Shown one piece after another: positions 54,001 through 64,000 of a stretch of DNA of 64,000 nt. Positions within the stretch are counted from its first letter, which is position 1. Each line of letters starts with the position of its first letter. The translations under genes and the position numbers were made by a program. The notes under the pieces were generated by a model. That model worked only from the letters and a program-made list of their open reading frames with translations, did not search any database and was not told the DNA's origin. The stretch is from Lingula anatina. Taxonomy: Eukaryota; Animalia; Brachiopoda. The stretch covers positions 930,001 through 994,000 of the forward strand of contig CM120645.1 of NCBI GenBank assembly GCA_051362555.1, read 5' to 3'.

Positions 54001-54574
54001 CGCTTGAGAGCGCTGGTAGCAGCCAGAAGAGGTCAGGCGTAACAGCGACTGTTACTGTGACTAGACACTGATATGAGGGTCCTTTGTGGAGCGTGTAACT
54101 CTTTTACAGACAATAATTTAGAAAATATGGAGATCTAAAATATCTCATTTAATGGTTGCCGTATGAAGTAGAAAAGGCAATGTGTTTTTGTTTGCTTCTC
54201 TGGCGAATTCCATTAATGAACTGATGTCACAATGACATCAAAGAGATAATTAAAAGTTATTAGAACACGATTTCAATCCTTATTTTCATTTATCAGTCAG
54301 TAAAATAGGAAAAAAAATGATGAAAAATGATTTGGAAAAAATATTCCATATTAAATGTCAAGTCTGTATCTGATATTTATTTCTAGAACTTTTATAGTTG
54401 CACAAACCAGTCCTGTATATGTTGCAAGGTTGGTTGTTTTTATAGATTTTAATTTTAATTTTTGTTTACAAAAAATATGATTTAAAGATAATAGTTACCT
54501 GTAAAATAGCCCATCGACCACAGCGTTAATACACAGGCTGTCGTGGTGGTGAGGAAGATCGCTTTCTTTTTCAT
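51029..54574 (-). CDS. Carbohydrate sulfotransferase copy 6
   Basis: Exons 54574-54499, 52351-52221, 51826-51029; intron 1 holds a Tc1 element. Confidence 0.9.
52706..54366 (+). mobile_element. Full-length-size Tc1/mariner transposon with degraded transposase
   Basis: Perfect 28-bp TIRs cagacttgacatttaatatggaatattt / aaatattccatattaaatgtcaagtctg with TA flanks, 1.66 kb. Relic motifs: VCFSNE, WSSKPPYLNHVDNMW (WPS.SPDLNPIEN.W), MPCRLRALVAARRG. Confidence 0.9.
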
Positions 54575-55100
54575 TACTAGTACACTTCTAACGCTATTCT
54601 CGCTCAGGAGATATTCGAGGTAGTGTATGTCGATGTGTTTCGCATATGGAATGACAGCCCATGCAGTTGTAAATTCTCTTTAGTTGATATTTCATGGTAA
54701 ATAAAAGATGAGAATGGTACCTTAACTAGTAAAAGGTGCGAGCTTATTTCCATGTCAATTTATCGCATCTGTCAAGTGGTAACGCCTCAATTTTATATAA
54801 TTTGGCCATGTCCATACGCTTTTTATATACTTTTCCTGATTAGTAAGGACGGAATAGATGCATTTTCGTAGGTTTGGCGATCGTCTTTTAGTCGTGTAGT
54901 TGTAAGCATGTAGGACCCCACTAGGGGACATATAACTTTTGCGGCATTGGTAATATCAGATTTTGAAGGTAGGGCGGTTTAAGCAAATAAAAAATTACAT
55001 ATAATACATATCATTTTTATGTTATAGGGTCACGTAATGTTTAATGTGCATCTAGCTGAGTTTACCATATTTGTATTGCTTGGTTCAATGTACAAATAAC

Positions 55101-55108
<8 letters not shown>

Positions 55109-55143
<35 letters not shown>

Positions 55144-55281
55144 TGAAAAATTTCAGTATAAGAAAGTACTGTACATATACCCAAGTATGGTAAATGCACA
55201 CTGCACACTCACTCACTCTCTTACCCACACTCTCTCTCACACACACACGAATATAAGTTTATAATCTCATGAACAATAGGT

Positions 55282-55322
<41 letters not shown>

Positions 55323-55659
55323 GATCGATACCACAATGTATTCATCCATAACTACAACATATTATTAAGCAAAAAGTGCAAAATATTATTTTGCTGAAGC
55401 TAATTAAATTCAAACATGTCTGACCAATTTTCCCATTTTTTTTCAAAGTTTGTTAAATTTAGCTTTTTTAATGCATTGACTTTTTCTATTACAAATTGAT
55501 CCTTTATGTAATTTATGAGTGAAGAAAGACGCATACTTTCTTTCTTTTTGAAACTTTTGTAAATATAAAATTTCGTACAAAGAATAACAAAATTAATTGG
55601 GCTGTTTGGGTTTGTTGGATAGCCGAAAAGGATGCATTTTTCATTAAAGGTTATGTTTT
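55109..55659 (-). mobile_element. 5'-truncated L1/Tx1-like non-LTR retrotransposon
   Basis: Poly-A tail (T-run at 55104-55141) with AATAAA; 15-bp TSD aaataacccattttt at 55094 and 55660. Minus strand encodes ...ILFGYP..INFVILCTKFYIY..IEK..FEKKWENW*, typical of the L1/Tx1 ORF2 C-terminus. Confidence 0.85.
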
Positions 55660-55786
55660 AAATAACCCATTTTTAATTTGGAATTCTGATACCACTCCCA
55701 TAAACTTTCTTGCAATGTAATATTGTTGCTTTTCGATCATGATTCTAATCTAAATTCAGCATGTATGTGCCGTATTACGACATTAT

Positions 55787-56990
55787 TCAAAGATCTAATT
55801 TATATTCGAGGAAGCTTGCCTCTTCTTAATAAATACCCCAGACCGCTGTAGTATGTTTGTATGAGAGTCTTATTGTGGTAGACCTCAATCTCACGAAGAC
55901 ATGACGGGAATTGTGCTATCAAGTGTTCGGCGAAAAGAAGACTCATGACATTATGCGCGTTGGTCGTAAGATCTTCATAATGAAGATGACTTCATACTGA
56001 ACGTCACAAGGTTTGCAAAAATCCTCGACCAAAGCCCAGTGGGTATTGTTTGGTCCATTGTTTGCTATATACTACAAGAAGTCCGAAAAGGATGTTTTTT
56101 GCAAAGTAATGTTCCTCTTATGTTGCTGGTTTATATAATTTTTCACTGTGGGACCTAAATGCTTGAACAAAACTTGTTCCTTGTACACCGACACGAGTCT
56201 ATCTACTGGGTGTCGCACCACTAAGACCTTCAGATAACTTGCTAAGCGCATGCTGTTGTTCATGCTGCCATAGGAATATAACTGTATATAGTATTCCTTT
56301 GTACGTAAAACTAAAAACCTCCCAGATCAGTTTATCTATGGCGTCGTGTTCTTTACTGAGTTTGGGCAAGTTGTTAGTGGTTCGGAGTGAAGTTCCACTG
56401 CCATTTTCTCGATCAATTGACATGGGTTTGTACATTCCTGCAAGATTCGTACCCATAAAATCTTTGTCTTCTTGGTGTCTTTATAAATACCACTATAAAC
56501 GCAATTTTCGTCAAAAATCTTCCATCAATATCTAATAATGCTAATGAAAAGTATAAGGGACATAATCGTTGCTACATGCTTCGACGTTTACGAATCACAC
56601 AAAAGCCCAAAGGAAAAAAAAACTGTATCTAAATCTACTAGGAATAGAGTCGTTGTCTAATAAGATGGCCAAGTTTATGGTGAAAAGTGTCAAAACAAGT
56701 GTGAAAACGTTTATTTTTGTGAAATTTGATGTTAAATTACGTGATTATTGCTAAAAACCAACACTTTTCAAACACATGCATTTCTAATTTTTCTGTATTC
56801 TAGAATTTTTATTACTGCATGAACCAGCCCTATTTGTGTCGCAAGGATGAATATTTTTATAAATTTAAATTTTGTAATATTTTACAAAATATAAGAGTTA
56901 AATATAATAGTTACCCGTAAAATAGTGCAGCGCCAACAGCGTTAATATGCTGGCGGTGGTGGTGGTGAGGAAGATCGCTTTCTTTTTTAT
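55787..56990 (-). pseudogene. Carbohydrate sulfotransferase copy 7, pseudogene
   Basis: ATG mutated to ATA (56990). A large deletion near 56302 removes most of intron 2 and the 5' part of the catalytic exon, including 5'-PSB. In-frame TAG near 56072 and further small deletions. Confidence 0.92.
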
Positions 56991-58564
56991 TACTAGTACC
57001 ATTTTAACCCTATTCTCGCTCAGGAGACCTTCAAGGTAATATATTTCGATGTGCTTAGGTATTGTAAAATCTCTTTAGTTGCTATTTTGATGGTAAATAT
57101 AGGATGAGAATGGTTCCTAAACTAATAAGTGCTGGATAATTATCATGTCAATTTATCGCATCTGTCATGTGGTAACGCCTCAATATTTTCAATCGAGTGT
57201 GGTGTGTAAAATATAATTTACAATGATTCCATATTTACATACCTGAAAGATTGATTGATTGTAAATCAGGCTGACGTCCTCAAAAAAAAAAAAAAAAAAA
57301 AATAATAATAATAATAAAATAAAAATAAAAATAAAAATAAATAAATAAATAAAATAATAAAAAAATTAAAAAAAAAAAAAAACGTTTGCAGTTTTCATAT
57401 TTTTGCCTCATGTTTCTGGTTTTGTGTCTCATTTATCGGGTTCAGTGTCTCTATTCTTGGATTTTGTGTTTCGGTTTTGCTGGTTTTGCTTCGGTTCCAT
57501 GGAGACGTGGTAACTAACACTTAAAGCCAGAGCTGTAAAGCAGAAGTTGAATATGGAAAAACTCAACCCTGACCTCGACCTGGAAAGACTGTAAAGACTA
57601 GCTAAGAATGGGAACTTTTCAGTATATATCGTTGTGTTTTCCGTCTCCAACTGCTTACGCTGCTCCTGATTGATAAAAAATAACCAAAGTTAACATGAAA
57701 TGTTGGCGTTCATATACCAATACAACGCAAAACCAAACGCTGCCGAAATGCTTAAGATTTTTAAACAATTTTTCATGATAATTGTGTTTTTGAAATTTAA
57801 AGGGTATAAATATCTCAACATCGGGGCTCGCTAAGTCCCATATCGGCGGGTTTTTCAGAAATTGTGTGACGGGGGAAGGAGTAAATGTGATTTTTTAACA
57901 GCAGTAATGCTTACAGTCACATAGTATTTTATTTTTTATATATAAAATAGATGTTGAACTTAAATCTTGCATGCTGCCAAGGATTTTATGTTTACTGCAA
58001 TTAATTAAAGATCAAGCTAGTTTTTTATGTTGGGAATAATGCTGTCAATAATTAAGGAGGATCTCTCATATTTGAGAATCACTATTTTCGCCGTAGCAAT
58101 TTGGATAAAAATTGTAAAACAAAATCTAGAGAATATAAGGGTAAAAACATGAAAAGAAATTGGGCTTGTTTTCGAGAGGCAGCGTCCCCGAAAAATCACT
58201 TTTATTTCATTGTACCATATGGGATTTTATCAAAATAGCCCTAAAATGGCAGAAAAATGCCAAAATGACAAAAATTCGGCGCATTTTTTAACAATTTTTG
58301 AAAGTAGGGTAGTTTAAACAAGCAAAATAAAATATTTACACATAATACATACTTTATTTACGTTATAGCGTCACGGAATGTTTAATATACACCTAGCTGA
58401 GTTCACTATATTTTTATTGCTTGGTTCAATGTACAAATACATAGTAGCCCGTTTTTAATTTAAATTCTGATGCCACCCGCATTTAATTTTTTTGCAATAT
58501 TGTTGCCGTTCGATTATGATTCTAATGGAAATTCAGCATGCATGTGCCGTATTATGACATGCAT

Positions 58565-60389
58565 TCAAAGATCTAATTTATATCCGAGGAAGCTTGCCTC
58601 TTCTTTGTAAATATCCCAGACCTTTTGAAACAGTTTTTTACCTATCCCGCTATAATATTTTTGTATGAGAGTCTCGTTGCGGTAGACCTCAATCTCGCGA
58701 TGAGATGACGGGAATTGTGCTATCAAGTGTTCGGCGCCAAGTAGACGCATGACATAAAGCGCGTCGGTGGTAAGATCTTCATGATGAACGATGACGTCAT
58801 ACTGAACGTCACAGGGTTTGCAAAAATCCTCGACCAAAGCCCAGTGGGCATTCTTTGGTCCATTGTCTGCTATATACTGCAGGAAATCCGAAAAGGAAAT
58901 ATGTTTTTGCAAAGTAATGTTCCTCTTATATTGCTGGTTTATATAAGTTTTCACTCTGGGACCTAAACGCTTGAACAAAACCTGTTCCTTGTACGCCGAC
59001 ACGAGTCTCTCTAGTGGGTGTCGCACCACTAAGACCTTCAGATAACTTGCTAAGCGCATGCTGTCGTTCTTGCTGACATTGGAATATAAATGGGTATAGT
59101 ATTTTTTTCCGGCCTTGAAAACAACCGTGGCAGGATCCTGACGACCGGAAAGAATCTGATACACATTTCTCCAATTACGACTTGCTGCTTTGAACATAGT
59201 GCACAATATTAGGTTATATTTGTCCTCCACTATAATCCATCTTGGTCTCTTTAAATAGTTGAACGGAGCAGTTTTGCGGGCGCTGCATCTGTCTTGTAAC
59301 CTTTGTTTTCGCCTGATTACGGAAGATACCCAATTCTGAGGTACCTTGTGCCAACCGAACGACTGAAAGATGTTTCAAAAAAGTTCTCTTAACCATTTTC
59401 AACGTTTAGTAAAATTGGTCAACAAAAATAAAACGCAGATAAAAAGATGAGATAACATAAGTAACGTCAGCAAAAAAGCTGCGAATATAGAGCAAGTTAA
59501 AATTGAAATTTGCCTAGTAATTTCAACCCTGAGAACACCGAGAGATTGAATGGAGATTGAATGGAGTAGACAGAGAGAAATTGGAAATCAGTAAATAAAT
59601 AGTATGAATGAACTTAAATGCCTTGTGGTTTTTACCTAGTGTAAGAACTACAGTAGTTGTAAGTCAGTACCATGGTTAAGTTAACAATGACTGTATAATA
59701 AACGTTAAACTAATTACCTCCCAGATTCCTTTATCTATGGCGTCGTGTTTTTGATTGCGTTTGGGCAAGTTGTTAGGGGTTCGCAGAGAAGTTCCACTAC
59801 CATTTATTACTCCCTTTTCTCCATCAATTGACATGGCTTTGTAAATTCCTGCAAGATTCGTACCCATTAAATCTTTGTCGTCTTCGTGTCTTCATAAATG
59901 CCACAATAAACTGATTTTTCGTCAAAAATTTTCCGTCAATATCTTAAAATGCTGATGGGAATAAGGACTTTGCTACATGCTTTGAAAGTTACGATTCACA
60001 CTAAAGCTCAAAAGAAAACATTTCTGGTAAAATTTGCCAGGAATACAATAGTCCATTGCCTGATAAGATGTCCTTGTTTATGGTGAAAAGTTATGTCAAA
60101 ACATTTGCGTTTAACTTTGTGAAGTTTGATGCTTAATAATTTGATTATTGCTAAAACCAACGCTTTTGAAACACGTTTTTCTAATATTTGTGAATTCTAG
60201 AATTTTTAAAATTGCATGAATCAGACCTATTTATGTCGCAAGGATGAATGTTTTTATGAATTTAAATTTTGTAATTTTTTTTACAAAAAATAAGAGTTAA
60301 ATATAATAGTTACCTGTAAAATAGGCCAGCGCAATCAGCGTTACTACGCAGGCTGTCGTGATGGTGAGGAAGATCGCTTTCTTTTTCAT
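58565..60389 (-). CDS. Carbohydrate sulfotransferase copy 8
   Basis: Exons 60389-60314, 59848-59718, 59362-58565; frame open from the acceptor. Confidence 0.9.
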
Positions 60390-60825
60390 CACTAGTGAAC
60401 TTTTAATCCTATTCTCGCTCAGGAGATCTTCGAGGTAATATATGTCGATGTGTTTGCGTATTGTAAAATCACTTTAGTTGCTATTTTCATGGTAAATAAA
60501 GGATGGGAATGGTACCTGAATTAAAAAAGGTGCTGGCTGATTATCAAGTCAATTTATCGCATCTGTCATGTGGTAACGCCTCAATGTTTTTAATCGAGAA
60601 AATTGCATGTATTTTTAAAAGCCATTGATTATTAAAATTAGGCCATTCCTATTGTGTGGTTGTTACAATATCGAAAAGCAAAGCGCCTAATAGTTGTCCC
60701 ATTTAGTAAAAGCACCATAAATGGTGTAAAAAATATAATTTACAATGATTCCATATTTACAGTACGTACCTGAAAGATTGATTGATTGTCAATCAAGTCA
60801 TGGAGTCATAAGCGAGACAGGAACA

Positions 60826-61068
60826 CCAGAGGCCAAACCAGAATCATTTAAAGGAGGGGGGGGTCTGGTACAACAGGCCTAGCTTGGACGCGAGGCCGAC
60901 CATCGGCAGCTTGGCGTGGGGTTCGGACCTGCTCAAGGGCCCGGAAAATATTTGCTCTTATGGAGGGCAAACGGTGCCCTTTGGTACGGTTTAGAACTAT
61001 ATAGTCGACATTTTAATTTCAAGAGCAGAATATATTTTTCAGAAACATCTAAATTGGACACTGAACGG
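60826..61068. mobile_element. Short GC-richer insertion, probable non-autonomous element fragment
   Basis: Interrupts gaacac|atcaaactggta, which is contiguous in sister units; starts cagaggc. Confidence 0.45.
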
Positions 61069-62343
61069 ATCAAACTGGTACAGGCTGAAATGAAAGTAAC
61101 CAATGTACACGGCATAAAAAAAAAGGTTTGCAGTTTTCATACTTTGGTCTCTCTTTTTTGGTTTTGTGTCTCATTTATCGGGTTAAGTGTCTCTATTTTT
61201 GGTGTGTGTGTGTTTCGGTTTTGCCGGTTTTGCTTCGGTTCCATGGAGACGTGGTAACTAAAACTGTAAAGCCAGAGCTGTAAAGCGGAATTTGAATATG
61301 GATAAAAATCAACCCTGACCTAGACCTTAAAGATGAGGGTGTAATGACTATCTAAGAATGGGAACATTTCAATAAATATCGTTATGTTTTCCGACTCCAA
61401 CTGCTTACGCTGCTCCTGATTGATAAAAACTAACCAAAGTCAACAAGAAATGTTGGCATTCAAGTACTAATAGAATGCAAAACCAAACGCTGTCAAAATG
61501 CTAAAGATTTTTTTTACAATTTCATCATGATAAGTGTGTTTTTGAAATTTAAAGGGTATAAATATCTCAACATCGGGGATCGCTAACTCCCATATCGGAG
61601 GGTTTTTTTAGAAATTGTGAGGTGGGGGTAACGGCAGTAAATGTGTGATTATTTTTTAACAGCAGTAATGCTTACAATCACATTAGTGTTTTACTGTTAT
61701 ATATATGTCATAGATGATGAACTTAAATCTTGCATGCTGCCACGTTAGGATTTTATACTAACTGCAATGAATTAGACATTAAGGTAGATTTTTATGTTGG
61801 GAATAATGCTGTCGATAATTAAGGAGGCTCTCTCATATTTCAGAATCACTATTCCCGCCGTAGCGTTTTGGATAAAAATTGTTAAACAAAATCTAGAGAA
61901 TATAAGAGTAAAAAAAAAAAAAAACATGAAAAAAAATTGGGCTTGTTTTCGAGAGGCAACGTCCCCAAAAAAGTCACTTTTATTTTATTGTGCCATATGG
62001 AATTTGATCAAAATAGACCTTAAATGGCAAAAACGCCAAGATGAAAAAAATTCGGCGCATTTGTTTTATCAATTTTTGAAAGTAGGGCGGTTTAAGCAAG
62101 CAAAATAAAATATTTACACATAATACATACCATATTTATGCCATAGCGTCACGGAATGTTTAATACACATCTAGCTGATTTTACCATATTTTTATTGCTT
62201 GGTTCAATGTACAAATACATAGTAGCCCGTTTTTAATTTTAAACTCTGATACCACCCGCATTTAATTTTTTTGCAATATTGTTGCCGTTCGATTATGATT
62301 CTAATTGATATTTAGCATGCATGTGCCATATTATGTCATACAT

Positions 62344-63632
62344 TCAAAGATCTAATTTATATCCGAGGAAGTTTGCCTCTTCTTTGTAAATATCCCAGAC
62401 CTTTTCCAGCAGTTCTCTATCTATCTCGCTATAATATTTTTGTATGAGAGTTTCGTTGCGGTAGGACTCGATCTTGCGGTGAGATAAAGGGAATTGTGCA
62501 ATCAAGTATTCGGCACCAAGTAGACGCATGACATTAGGCGCGTCAGTGGTAAGATCTTCATGATGAACGATGACGTCATACTGAACGTCACAGGGTTTGC
62601 AAAAATCCTCGACCAAAGCCCAGTGGATATTGTTTGGTCCATTGTCTGCTATATACTGCAGGAAATCCGAAAAGGAAATATGTTTTTGCAAAGTAATGTT
62701 CCTCTTATATTGCTGGTTCATATAAGTTTTCACTCTGGGACCTATATGCCTAAACAAAACTTGCTCCTTTTACGCCGACATGAGTCTCTCTAGTGGGTGT
62801 CGCACCACTAAGACCTTCAGATAACTTGCTAAGCGCATGCTGTCGTTCTTGTAGTCATTAGAATATAACTGTGTATAGTATTCTTTTCTGCCCTTGAAGA
62901 CAACAGTGGCAGGATCCTGACGACCGGAAAGAATCTGATACACATTTCTCCAATTACGACTTGCCGCTTTCAACATAGTGCACAATATTAGTTTATATTT
63001 GTCTTCCACTATTATCCAGCTAGGTTTCTTCAAATAGTTGAACGGAGCAGTTTTGCGGGCGCTGCATCTGTCTTGTAACCTTTGTTTTCGCCTGATTACG
63101 GAAGATACCCAATTCTGAGGTACCTTGTCCCAACCGAAGGACTGAAAGATGTTTCAAAAAGGTTCTCTTAACGTTTTTAAACGTTTAGTAAAATTGGTCA
63201 ACAAAAATATAACGCAGATAAAAAGATGAGATAACTTAAGTAACGTCAGCAAAAAAGCTGCGAATATTGAACAAGTCAAAATTGTAATGTGCCTGGCAAT
63301 TTCAACCCTGAGAACACCGCGGGAGATTGAATGGAGTAGACAGAGAGAAAAAGAGAGAAGGCAATTGGAAATCAGTAAATAAACAGTATGAATGAACATA
63401 AATGCCTTGTGGTTTGTATCTCGTGTAAGAACTACAGTAGTTGTAAATCAGTACCATGGTAAAGTAAACAATGACTGCACAATAAACGTTAAACTAATTA
63501 CCTCCCAGATTCCTTTATCTATGGCGTGGTGTTTTTGATTGCGTTTGGGCAAGTTGTTAGTGGTTCGCAGAGAAGTTCCACTACCATTTATTACTCCCTT
63601 TTCTCGATCAATTGACATGGGTTTGTAAATTC
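62344..63632 (-). pseudogene. Carbohydrate sulfotransferase copy 9 with single nonsense codon; exon 1 beyond window
   Basis: Exons 63632-63502 and 63141-62344. TAC>TAA at 62772-62770 in the 3'-PB motif (SAY>SA*); otherwise intact. Confidence 0.8.
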
Positions 63633-64000
63633 CTGCAAGATTCGTACCCATTAAATCTTTGTCGTCTTGGTGTCTTCATAAATGCCAGAATAAACTGATT
63701 TTTCGTCAAACATTTTCCGTCAATATCTTAAAATGCTGATAAAAAGTATAAGGGAATAAGGACTTTGCTGCATGCTTTAAAAGTTACGAATCACACTAAA
63801 GCTCAAAAGAAAACATTTCTGGTTAAATTTACCAGGAATACAATCGTCCATTGCCTGATAAGATGTCCTTGTTTATGGTGAAAAGTTATGTCAAAACATT
63901 TGCGTTTAACTTTGTGAAATTGATGCTTAATAACTTGATTATTGCTAAATTTTACGCTTTTCAAACACGTTTCTTTAATATTTGTGAATTCTAGAATTTT

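Overview
AT-rich, intron-rich animal (invertebrate-like) genomic DNA in two parts. (1) About 1.4-24.6 kb, + strand: the 3' portion of a multi-exon gene encoding a Pro/Lys-rich stem, two tandem FAM3/ILEI (PANDER) domains and a divergent GT13 (POMGNT1/GnT-I-like) glycosyltransferase domain. Its 5' exons lie outside the window. It has a pair of mutually exclusive duplicated exons and appears to lack the catalytic-base Asp. At least five of its introns carry tandem duplications of the 3' splice acceptor plus the first bases of the exon; the functional copy is always last, and in the clearest cases the decoys differ from it almost only at synonymous sites. (2) About 28.7-64 kb, - strand: a tandem array of nine three-exon Golgi carbohydrate sulfotransferase genes (Sulfotransfer_2, CHST8-14 type). 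Seven look intact, two are disabled and one is an unequal-crossover chimera; all share a hypervariable loop. Interspersed are Tc1/mariner relics, a 5'-truncated L1/Tx1 copy with target-site duplication, Helentron/HINE-like elements, Tourist-like MITEs and simple repeats. All gene models were read by eye from splice signals and phase; no database search was run.
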